Shown here piece by piece: positions 1 to 11,600 of a stretch of DNA of 64,000 bases. Location of the stretch: positions 310,001-374,000 of the forward strand of contig NIVC01000240.1 of the NCBI GenBank assembly GCA_002269645.1. The letters run 5' to 3'. The stretch is from Macrostomum lignano. Taxonomy: Eukaryota. How positions within the stretch are numbered: position 1 is the first letter of the stretch; each line of letters opens with the position of its first letter. Under the pieces are notes generated by a model, which was given only the letters and a program-made list of their open reading frames with translations, had not been told where the DNA came from and searched no databases. The translations under genes were made by a program, and so were the position numbers.

Positions 1-189
1 TAATAAAATAAACCGTGTTTTGAGCTTGTTAAAAAATAAGGCTTTTTATTAAAGTCCATCAAACTGTCGGTCCTATAATTAACTTTCAGCTTGGTGTACT
101 TTAGCCGCATGTACGAGTACACAAGTGTTTCAGCTTGAGCAACTCGCCTTCAGACTAAATATGTTTTGGTTTGGTAATGAAGAGTGTGC

Positions 190-541
190 AGAGGAGTGAG
201 GTGGGTGTGTGAGTGTGGTGAGTGTAGGAGTGAGGTGGGTGTGGGAGTGAGGTGGGTGTAGGAGTGAGGTGGGTGTGGGAGTGAGGTGGGTGCGGGAGTG
301 AGGTGGGTGTGGGAGTGAGGTGGGTGTGTGAGTGTGGTGAGTGTAGGAGTGAGGTGGGTGTGGGAGTGAGGTGGGTGTAGGAGTGAGGTGGGTGTGGGAG
401 TGAGGTGGGTGCGGGAGTGAGGTGGGTGTAGGAGTGAGGTGGGTGCGGGAGTGAGGTGGGTGTAGGAGTGAGGTGGATGTGGGAGTGAGGTGGGTGCGGG
501 AGTGAGGTGGGTGTAGGAGTGAGTTGGGTCTAGGAGTGAGG
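190..541. repeat. 17-bp G-rich minisatellite (GGAGTGAGGTGGGTGTG-like)
   Basis: About 20 tandem copies visible; explains the repetitive ORF 150..632. Boundaries approximate. Confidence 0.9.
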
Positions 542-1317
542 TGACTTTCGTGTTTTCTTGCTGACGAATTTGTTCATTACTGAAAAAGAATAGGACAGAC
601 TCTATACATGCCTTGTTTGCTTTGATAGACATATATTAGTCTGTCATACGAAAAAAAATCGGGGCCTAATTAAGAGTTCATAGCAGTGCAAAACCGATTG
701 CAGCGTTAACCTAATTTAATAAAATTAAACAAAAATTTCTACCAATTCACGAGGCCACGAGCAATGACATTGCACTACTAACAGTAGGCAATTACAAGAC
801 ATTTACTTTTATTTAGGGAGTTTGCGCAGAAAAAATAACTTTTCTCTTTTCGCTGTTCGTACAAATAACAAGCTAGATGTTGAAATTTTTTACGTTATAA
901 AATCAGACGTCATAAATCGCAGATGCCACAGAGCGATCATAAATCACTTTGATTTTCTGGCGCAATTATCTGGTGTGTTAAAATTCTAAAATTTTTGCTG
1001 AAGCAACAGTTCACCAGACGACACCAGACAAGACAAAGTGAGTTGAAACAAATACGAACTTGAAACTAATTCTATGAAATAAACTTAGTCAAACAAATTT
1101 GAAATTTTCCTAGTTGGCCTAATCAGAAAAACATTACAATAATTCAATGCAAAATACAAAATCTAAACAGGTCACGTTAGTGCACAAAACATAATTTAAA
1201 AATATATTTGACTTGGATAGCTCTGAGTTTGTGCTGTAACCGCGAATTATTTTTTTGTTCTGCATGTCTTGCTTTTAGTTTACTGCGTTCAACTGCGACA
1301 CGGTAAGGTTTCGGGGA

Positions 1318-1525
1318 GTAGGGACATATGGGGATGAGTGGAGACAGGTAGGGACAGGTGGGGACAGGTAGGGACAGATGGGGACAGCTGGGGACAGCTG
1401 GGGATGAGTGGGGACAGGTAGGGACAGGTGGGGACAGGTGGGGATGAGTGGAGACAGGTAGGGACAGGTGGGGACAGGTGGGGACAGGTGGGGACAGGTG
1501 GGGACAGGTGGGGACAGGTGGGGAA
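1318..1525. repeat. 10-bp minisatellite (GGGACAGGTG/GGGACAGGTA), probably in the TENT5 3' UTR region
   Basis: Tandem GGGGACAGGT units; source of the PPVPTCPHLS-type ORFs. Confidence 0.9.
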
Positions 1526-1843
1526 AGCTGGGCAAGCACAAGACAGACACGAACGTGGACCGGACTGCACTGAACACGGGGATGGCGAGTCGGCAACAAG
1601 CAACAATTAAACTCCTGACCGAGCCTGACCAAACGACTGCTCCCTGCTTTTGGTCAGGCCTGGAATCGGAAATGCCGGGTCATTTGACCCCGGCATGCCG
1701 CACAATGGCCATCGAGGACAGGCAGTTGAAAGCGATGTGGCCGCCGCTGGTGGACACGATGCAGCCGAACAGCGGACGGTGCCGTCGACCCTCGCCGCTT
1801 CCTTCGCGCCTCTGCCGATCCCGCTGGTCCCGGATGGAATCCA

Positions 1844-2775
1844 TCAGCTGCCAGGGAAGTGGCCGGTGCCGTACACGATCTGCTCAGCCCGCCAGCCGCC
1901 GGCTCCGGAGCTGAACGGCTCCAGGCTGACCGCCTTTTGAGAGTCGCGCACCTCCTCAGCTAGCAGGGTGATGAGGCGCAGGATGCTGTGCCTCTCGCGA
2001 TGCATCAGGCAGATAGTGGAGCTCTGCACAACCGAGCGCAGCGTGCCCAGGTAGTCCAGGCGCCGCTCTGCAGTTTGCTGGCTGCCCAGGCGGCCGGGCC
2101 GTCGGGGAAAATGAGCGGCCAGGTAGGCTCGGATTTTTCCCAGCTGCAACTCCGGATCCGGGAAGTCGATGAAGAAGCGGGAGCACATGTACTTCTCCAG
2201 GCTGGCCGGGTCGATGCCAGCGGCCGGCCGGTAGCCCTCGGCCAGCAGGCGGCAGTACTTGAGCAGGCCGCCACCGCGAATCTCCTCGGGATTCCTAGTG
2301 CAGATCTCCCGACTGGCCAGGTGGCTAACAGCCTCGGCGAAGCTGCCCGACACCGACTCGGCCAGAACGCGCCGATGTTTCGTTTCGTCGACTCCCTCTT
2401 CGCCGATAGATTCGAGCACAATCTGGAAGCTGTCAACGGTGAACTCGAACTGGCGTCGCATTCGGTCGACAAATTTCAGTTCGACCATAGCCACGCAGTC
2501 GGCGTCTTCTCGACCGTCATCGGCCTGGTGAAACTGGTCGTCCTCGTCGCAACCACCCAGACTGATGAGGGACCAGCGGTCGGATTCGAGAACTCGGACC
2601 AGCTTGCGGATGTAGGAATCCATGGACACCTGCTGCAGCTGCCGCTCGCCCTCAGGAAGGCAGGTGCGCAGGCTGTCCCACACGGCGGACTTGATTTTGT
2701 CCAGGGTGGCCGGCGCGCTGAGGTCCACGCTGAACAGCAGGTCCACGTCATTGTAGCACTGGTCCGGCTGACCGC
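1844..2775 (-). CDS. TENT5: Terminal nucleotidyltransferase 5 (FAM46 family non-canonical poly(A) polymerase), coding exon 2
   Basis: Acceptor ccaccag|GC at 2776/2775 is in phase with exon 1. Translation gives YNDVDLLF (DxD), VELKFVDRMRRQFEFTVDSFQI, RNPEEIRGGGLLKYC and YMCSRFFIDFPD, which are FAM46 signature blocks. The C-terminus may extend (see findings). Confidence 0.93.
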
Positions 2776-2807
2776 CTGGTGGGGAGAGGGGGGAGGGTCC
2801 GGCTGGA

Positions 2808-5800
2808 GTCTCAATGGTGTGATCATCTCAATCTGACTGGTGCGATAATCTCAATCTGACTAGTGTGATAATCTCAATCTGACTGGTGTGGTAATCTCAA
2901 TCTGAATAGTGTGATAATCTCAATCTAAATAGTGTGATAATCTCAATCTGACTAGTGTGATAATCTCAATCTGCAAGGTGTGATAATCTCAATCTGACTA
3001 GTGTGATAATCTCAATCTGACAGGCATGATAATCTCAATCTGACTGGTGCGATAATCTCAATCTGACTGGTGTGATAATCTCAATCTGACTAGTGTGATA
3101 ATCTCAATCTGACTAGTGTGATAATCTCAATCTGACTAGTGTGATAATCTCAATCTGACTAGTGTGATAATCTCAATCTGACTAGTGTGATAATCTCAAT
3201 CTGACTAGTGTGATAATCTCAATCTAAATAGTGTGATAATCTCAATCTGACTCGTGTGATAATCTCAATCTGAATAGTGTGATAATCTCAATCTGACTAG
3301 TGTGATAATCTCAATCTGAATAGTGTGATAATCTCAATCTGACTGGTGTGGTGATCTCAATCTGACTAGTGTGATAATCTCAATCTGACTAGTGTGATAA
3401 TCTCAATCTGACTGGTGTGATAATCTCAATCTGACTAGTGTGATAATCTCAATCTGACTAGTGTGATAATCTCAATCTGACTAGTGTGATAATCTCAATC
3501 TGACTAGTGTGATAATCTCAATCTGACTAGTGTGATAATCTCAATCTGACTAGTGTGATAATCTCAATCTGACTGGTGTGATAATCTCAATCTGACTAGT
3601 GTGATAATCTCAATCTGACAGGCATGATAATCTCAATCTGACTGGTGTGATAATCTCAATCTGACTGGTGTGATAATCTCAATCTGACTAGTGTGATAAT
3701 CTCAATCTGACTAGTGTGATAATCTCAATCTGACTAGTGTGATAATCTCAATCTGACTAGTGTGATAATCTCAATCTGACTAGTGTGATAATCTCAATCT
3801 AAATAGTGTGATAATCTCAATCTGACTCGTGTGATAATCTCAATCTGAATAGTGTGATAATCTCAATCTGACTAGTGTGATAATCTCAATCTGAAAAGTG
3901 TGATAATCTCAATCTGACTGGTGTGGTGATCTCAATCTGACTAGTGTGATAATCTCAATCTGACTAGTGTGATAATCTCAATCTGACTGGTGTGATAATC
4001 TCAATCTGACTAGTGTGATAATCTCAATCTGACTAGTGTGATAATCTCAATCTGACTAGTGTGATAATCTCAATCTGACTAGTGTGATAATCTTAATCTG
4101 ACTAGTGTGATAATCTCAATCTGACTAGTGTGATAATCTCAATCTGACGGGTGTGATAATCTCAATCTGACCAGTGTGATAATCTCAATCTGACTGGTGT
4201 GATAATCTCAATCTGACTGGTGTGATAGTCTCAATCTGACTAGTGTGATAATCTCAATCTGAATAGTGTGATAATCTCAAACTGACAGGTGTGATAATCT
4301 CAATCTGACTGGTGTGATAATCTCAATCTGACTGGTGTGATAATCTCAAACTGACAGGTGTGATAATCTCAATCTGAATAGTGTGATAATCTCAATCTGA
4401 ATAGTGTGATAATCTCAATCTGACTGGTGTGATAATCTCAATCTGACTAGTGTGATAATCTCAATCTGACTAGTGTGATAATCTCAATCTGACTAGTGTG
4501 ATAATCTCAATCTGACTAGTGTGATAATCTCAATCTGACTAGTGTGATAATCTCAATCTGACTAGTGGGATACTCAATCTGACAGGTATGATAATCTCAA
4601 TCTGACAGGCATGATAATCTCAATCTGACAGGCATGATAATCTCAATCTGAATAGTGTGATAATCTCAATCTGACAGGCATGATAATCTCAATCTGAATA
4701 GTGTGATAATCTCAATCTGACTCGTGTGATAATCTCAATCTGACTAGTGTTATAATCTCAATCTGAATAGTGTGATAATCTCAATCTGACTGGTGTGGTG
4801 ATCTCAATCTGACTAGTGTGATAATCTCAATCTGACTAGTGTGATAATCTCAATCTGACGGGTGTGATAATCTCAATCTGACCAGTGTGATAATCTCAAT
4901 CTGACTGGTGTGATAATCTCAATCTGACTGGTGTGATAATCTCAAACTGACAGGTATGATAATCTCAATCTGACAGGCATGATAATCTCAATCTGACTAG
5001 TGTGATATTCTCAATCTGAATAGTGTGATAATCTCAAACTGACAGGTATGATAGTCTCAATCTGACTAGTGGGATACTCAATCTGACAGGTATGATAATC
5101 TCAATCTGACAGGCATGATAATCTCAATCTGAATAGTGTGATAATCTCAATCTGACAGGTATGATAGTCTCAATCTGACCAGTGTGATAATCTCAATCTG
5201 ACTAGTGTGATAATCTCAATCTGACTAGTGTGATAGTCTCAATCTGACTAGTGGGATACTCAATCTGACAGGTATGATAATCTCAATCTGACAGGCATGA
5301 TAATCTCAATCTGACAGGCATGATAATCTCAATCTGAATAGTGTGATAATCTCAATCTGACTGGTGTGGTAATCTCAATCTGACTAGTGTGATAATCTCA
5401 ATCTGACAGGCATGATAATCTCAATCTGAATAGTGTGATAATCTCAATCTGACTAGTGTGATAATCTCAATCTGACTAGTGTGATAATCTTAATCTGACT
5501 AGTGTGATAATCTCAATCTGACTAGTGGGATACTCAATCTGACAGGTATGATAATCTCAATCTGACAGGCATGATAATCTCAATCTGACAGGCATGATAA
5601 TCTCAATCTGAATAGTGTGATAATCTCAATCTGACTGGTGTGGTAATCTCAATCTGACTAGTGTGATAATCTCAATCTGACTAGTGTGATAATCTCAATC
5701 TGACTAGTGTGATAATCTCAATCTGACTGGTGTGATAATCTCAATCTGACTCGTGTGATAATCTCAATCTGACTGGTGTGATAATCTCAAACTGACAGGT

Positions 5801-6935
5801 ATGATAGTCTCAATCTGACTAGTGGGATACTCAATCTGACAGGTATGATAATCTCAATCTGACAGGCATGATAATCTCAATCTGACTGGTGTGATAATCT
5901 TAATCTGACTGGTGTGATAATCTCAAACTGACAGGTATGATAATCTCAATCTGACTAGTGGGATACTCAATCTGACAGGTATGATAATCTCAATCTGACA
6001 GGCATGATAATCTCAATCTGACTAGTGTGATATTCTCAATCTGAATAGTGTGATAATCTCAATCTGACTAGTGTGATAATCTCAATCTGACTGGTGTGAT
6101 AATCTCAATCTGACAGGTATGATAGTCTCAATCTGACTAGTGGGATACTCAATCTGACAGGTATGATAATCTCAATCTGACAGGCATGATAATCTCAATC
6201 TGACTAGTGTGATAATCTCAATCTGACCAGTGTGATAATCTCAAACTGACAGATATGATAGTCTCAATCTGACTAGTGGGATACTCAATCTGACAGGTAT
6301 GATAATCTCAATCTGACAGGCATGATAATCTCAATCTGAATAGTGTGATAATCTCAATCTGACAGGTATGATAGTCTCAATCTGACCAGTGTGATAATCT
6401 CAATCTGACTAGTGTGATAATCTCAATCTGACTAGTGTGATAGTCTCAATCTGACTAGTGGGATACTCAATCTGACAGGTATGATAATCTCAATCTGACA
6501 GGCATGATAATCTCAATCTGACAGGCATGATAATCTCAATCTGAATAGTGTGATAATCTCAATCTGACTGGTGTGGTAATCTCAATCTGACTAGTGTGAT
6601 AATCTCAATCTGACTAGTGTGATGATCTCAATCTGACTAGTGTGATAATCTCAATCTGACTGGTGTGATAATCTCAATCTGACTCGTGTGATAATCTCAA
6701 TCTGACTGGTGTGATAATCTCAAACTGACAGGTATGATAGTCTCAATCTGACTAGTGGGATACTCAATCTGACAGGTATGATAATCTCAATCTGACTGGT
6801 GTGATAATCTCAATCTGACAGGCATGATAATCTCAATCTGAATAGTGTGATAATCTCAATCTGACTAGTGTGATAATCTCAATCTGACTAGTGTGATAAT
6901 CTCAATCTGACCAGTGTGATAATCTCAATCTGACT
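2808..6935. repeat. 23-bp satellite (GTGTGATAATCTCAATCTGACTA), about 180 copies, inside the TENT5 intron
   Basis: Period 23 measured directly (e.g. 3071 to 3094); recurring variant units (CAGGCATG, GGGATACTC 21-mer). Confidence 0.97.
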
Positions 6936-8056
6936 TGTATATCAATTATTGCAATTCCAATTATCAGCAACGCAAAATAAGAATCTAACAGTGCCATATT
7001 GACCTTAAGCTCAAGACCCTGTCCTACCCAGCTCGTCAAAGCCGCTATAGAAGCCCCGAGTGGCCTGCATGCCTTTTGCCAAAGAAGACTAATTCATGCT
7101 CATGCGACGCTTTTAAATCCACTGAAGATGCAAGAAAAATCTTCCATTGCCATTTAAGATGGACCCCACCCAGGTCTGAGCGAAGCCTAGCGACCTTTGT
7201 TCTAATATATTCAGGAAAGAAGCTAGTTGTGCACTTTTTGACTTGACTCAATTCTTTGGCTGATGATTAAAAAGGAACACAAATAAGGGGCGAAGAAGGT
7301 ACGAGTTTGAGTAGCTAATCAAAGCCAGATTCACAAGAGCGAACAACAATGGCATCTAAGCATGATGCATACATACATCTGCATACATAAATATATTGAG
7401 ATATGCTTCCCAGTTGAAACTGCAGTTGCCTCTCGCGCTGTAGGGTAGTGATGGCAATTACTATGGCCAGAAATACCCGCCCAGAACTGATAGTGTGCAG
7501 AGGGGGCCAAACTGAAATAAATGCTGTCAGCAAGCACCAGGTGTCTCAGCGCCGGCGGTAATGGTCGGGAGCAATCTTTTTTGCCGATAATTTGCCAAAG
7601 TCAGACGTCTTCACAACTCCTGTCTGACGGCTGAAGCTTAGAGTTGCTTTTGCGTTGCTAGCATCTGGCTTATTTGACTTGTTTAGGGAAAAGAGAAGGA
7701 AAAGAAAGGCGGAGAGATAAGAGAGACGACTGAGCGAGACAGGCGTTCAGAAAGGGGATACTCGTAGCTATGGAATTGCGCTTCCCGCTCTGACTCGCCG
7801 AGTCTCTTGCTTATCACAAGCAAAGACTACCTCTGTCTGTCTTTTGTCTCGCTAACCTTCTCTCTCTTTCACTGCCCCCCCCCCAACTCATCTCTGGCTG
7901 AGGTCGAGGGATCGCTCTAAGCTAGAATGAGGAAATCTATAAGGAATGAGCGACTCCATTGCTGAGCATCCCTAAGCCGAGCAAGCAAGGTTTTCTGCGT
8001 TTAAGAAGCGTTCTGTCTTGGGCAACTGTTTTGTGGTCTACAGCTTTTTGGAGTTC

Positions 8057-8084
8057 ATTGTACCCTGTGTGTGTGTGTGTGTGT
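8057..8084. repeat. (TG)n microsatellite
   Basis: Run of tgtgtg in the TENT5 intron. Confidence 0.8.
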
Positions 8085-8367
8085 GAATTCGTGCCTGCTT
8101 AGAGTAGTCACCGGAATGGGCAGAATTGCCTCAACGCTGGTTGTAGGCCAGGACGATGTCGTCGAAGGCGTTGCGCCAGGGTGCCCGCAGCCTCCCCGAG
8201 GTTTTTACTGTTACGAGCGTATTTTTGCGAGTGCCACCCAATCGCAGCAGAGTGAAGCGCTAACAAGCGGGATTCATTTTCTACTGCAATACTTCGCTCA
8301 CGGTGGCTGCTGGCCTCTTTCCTGTAAAACTGTCAAAATTTCATTAAAATTATCGCTGCAGTCCTAC

Positions 8368-8677
8368 CGATCACGAAGCTCGCGCTGCTGCCATTCAGTC
8401 GGACGTCGGGCACCGCCACACCAACCCGGCCGAGCTGCTCCAGCAGCCGGTGAAGCAGGTCGCGCAGACGCATCCGCAGCACCGGGCAGCCGCTGACGCT
8501 GGTGTCACCTTCGCTTCCGACGCCCATCAACGGCGTTGTCCGTCCGCGCAGCGCCACCCTTCGGCGCAACAGTTCGCTCAGCCGCTGGACCTGGTCTGGG
8601 CGGAGCACGCTGAAGCGCCGACAGTCAAGATCATCTTTGCTAGCAGCAATCCGTTCACTAACCTGGCTGTTACTCAT
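8368..8677 (-). CDS. TENT5: TENT5/FAM46 coding exon 1
   Basis: ATG at 8677; RRFSVLRPDQVQRL...DVRLNGSSASFVI matches the FAM46 N-terminus (FSVL...QVQRL; DVRLNGS). Donor G|gtagga at 8368/8367, phase 1. Spliced product is 413 aa. Confidence 0.9.
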
Positions 8678-11600
8678 TATGGTTGCGCCTGCTTTTCGAC
8701 GGTTAAGTTTCTTCCAGATGAAATCTCGCTGTCGATTTTGTGTTCGCCTGCTTGCAATTTACTTTAGTGTCAAATATTCAGTGGTCGATCCGCTCCCCTC
8801 AGCTGAAGCTTCAGCTGTGCAATTAAATATCAGCAGTGGTCCAATCAGGTGTGGATCGCCGGTCAAGGCCTTACAGACAGCTGAACTGGATTCTGTATCA
8901 GTCATTGGCTTCCCGAATAGCCAACCTCTGAGCAGTTTCCAAATTTCTGGGAAGAAAACCTAGCTGGGATGCAGATTCATTTCTGAGACCTTGCTTCATT
9001 AGACTGATTAAAGTCCGCAGCACCCCAAACCAATACCTGAGAACTGCTAAAGGTATAATGCCTACGCTTATAGGGAGAAGAGATTTCTACATTGCGACTC
9101 TCTAAAAATTTCCCTTTTGATAGGAGATCAGCTATCCCATATTCGGTTGCACATCCCAAATCCTTCTCTGGGATTGTCACTGTATCGCAGTAGGTTGATT
9201 GCTGCGCGTTTCTGATCAGGATATACAGTTTCTTCATGGAGTGAAGGGTTAGAAAGAGATTCGTCTGCTTCTGATGTCATGAACAGATCGAGCATGAACC
9301 TGCCTACCCTTTAATATGCTTCAGCCTCTCTCCATTACAGTTCGCGTGTCCGGAGTTCTAAAGCTCTTATCTTGGCACTTACTTGTTGACAAGTATTGCT
9401 AAACATTCAACAAATATGCGACAAACGCTTATTGCGACACGCAATTATGGGTGCAGCATGAGTAGCAATGGCCGGATCTTCTGAGTCTTTTGACTGCATC
9501 ATGTACTATCCCAGGATGTGGTCTTTAAACTAACAGTTCATTGCAAAAATTTATGAGCTGTGGTAACCGTATGTATGCAGTATGTGCCGCAATGTGATAC
9601 ATGTACAGTATAATACTGTACAATATACTCGTACATGTACAATAAATGTTTGTCAGAACATATTAATTACAAGAAAGAGCCTCAGCTGCTTCTACCGGAA
9701 TTTTTTTTGGGCAAACAAAACCAGCGTTTGAGGGTTTGAGGGTCGTCTGAGGGGGTCAGCGCCAATAAATTAATCAACGGGCAATCAAAGTCTAGAGAGA
9801 AACTATAAAAATATTATAATTCCATGCTGCATTGACATGATTATCATGAAGTACGCTTCATTTGCAGCGGTTCCCGAGGATTTGATATTGTGCGGTTCGA
9901 CTCTCCGGAAATCTTGGCATTGAGTTCCCAATAATTTATAGATATTCAATAATTACTCAAGTACATGTATCATATCCTGACAACACATTGCAGGGTAATT
10001 ACCGTTGTACTTTTTAAAATGCGTCGTTAAATATTAACTTTTAACATTTTACTCGTATTAATTGAAATATCTTTCGAGGTTCGCAAAACGTAAATTCCTT
10101 GTCATTACAGTTGTTTTTTCCTGTCCTGCATGATGTCTACCTCAAAAACAGATTCCGGCGGTGCCCGCGATCAAGTTCTCGCTGCTGCTGATCCACGCAT
10201 GCATCAACGCGCCATGTATGCATCAATACGTGCCTTAAGCTTCTGTAATTCTTGTATACTAGACCATGGACCGGATCAGCTTATTTGCTTCTCTGGCCAA
10301 ATCGGCCGGACTTGGCATACTAGCCATGCAGCTAAAAAGCTACTGCATGTACATGTATAATAACCGTACATCTGTAGATGCACTGTAACAAGGACTATAC
10401 TGAAGTTACTACTCAAGTAGAAGCCTACTACTCGTAGGTCTTCTCTACTTGAGTAAGTAATCCTTGGTATACAATTGTAGGTAATTGCAACAGCAAAGCA
10501 AAACGACCAATATCACAGTCGGACGACCTCATGCTAATCCGTTATTATATTGTTTTTCTCTCAAATGTCAAAATTTAATAGCGAAGTAGGGCCAGATACT
10601 TAAGAGCGCTTACTAAACTCTAATAATCGATCGTAAGCATTTTTTCAGTTGCGTTGCGATAGTGCAAAATCGATGATCGCTGATCGATGTCAAATCGAGG
10701 TCACAATTTGACATCGATTTTGACTTTGACATCCGGTTTCAAAGATTTAATCGTGCTTGAAGCACAACTGAAATATTCAGAAAGGCTAAAGTATTATCGT
10801 GAGATTATTTCGAGGTTGTTGCATTGTACATAGTGATGGGTTTCGACCTTCGGGCTCCTTGTTAGGGAAGCCTTCGGGCCTCAGGCTCAGAAATAAATCA
10901 ATTAGAGACCTGGCCCCCCACTCCTGTCAGATGGTCAGCCCCATGGTAGCTTGATCGTGTGGCGAGCAGTCTAGGTCCTATAGCTAAGAGAGGGACAGCG
11001 AGAGACGAGCAGGGAGAATTTTGAAAGTAGAAATTAGCTAATCCGCAGATCAACTAACTTGCTGCCACCAGCCCGTGCGCCCTGGCTCACCACACCGGGA
11101 CTCTCGAAATCAGGCTTCCGACTAGAAGGGGCTTTGCACTTACCTGCCAACTAGTGTCTTTTTGCTGTCAATCTCGAAGTCATAGCCGATGATAAGGGAC
11201 ACTGCTGGGACTAGATCGCGTTGGCCATGCAGGTACAGAGGGGACTTGTGCAGGGGATTCTTGCGGTGGCGAGTCTATGGGGTAGCTACATGTACTATTA
11301 CATTGCTAAATACGAAGATATGTACTTTTAGCCTTCAACGCGCCAACTAGCCTCTCATAGCGCTGATGATAGGCTAACTCGAACTTCAGAGACCGCATGA
11401 TTCATTTACCCGAGCCGCTTGGCTACCCTAGAGTGCACAAAGTACATCTCTGGCGCCGATTCTGCACTTTTGGCAGTTTTGCTCACTGATTTGTTAGATT
11501 GGTCGACTGAGAACTGCCTTGCCATTGGTCCACTGTGACCGGCGCCTACTAGCTTAGCTACTCATCTGAGCCATCGGCGAACAAAGAAATAAAGCCGACA

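Noticed and set aside
1988-2836. 282-aa + strand ORF
   Set aside because: Antisense shadow of the GC-rich TENT5 exon with no recognisable motif.
2808-6935. CRISPR-like appearance of the 23-bp array (and the other short-period arrays)
   Set aside because: Units are head-to-tail with no unique spacers, there are no cas genes, and the context is eukaryotic and intronic.
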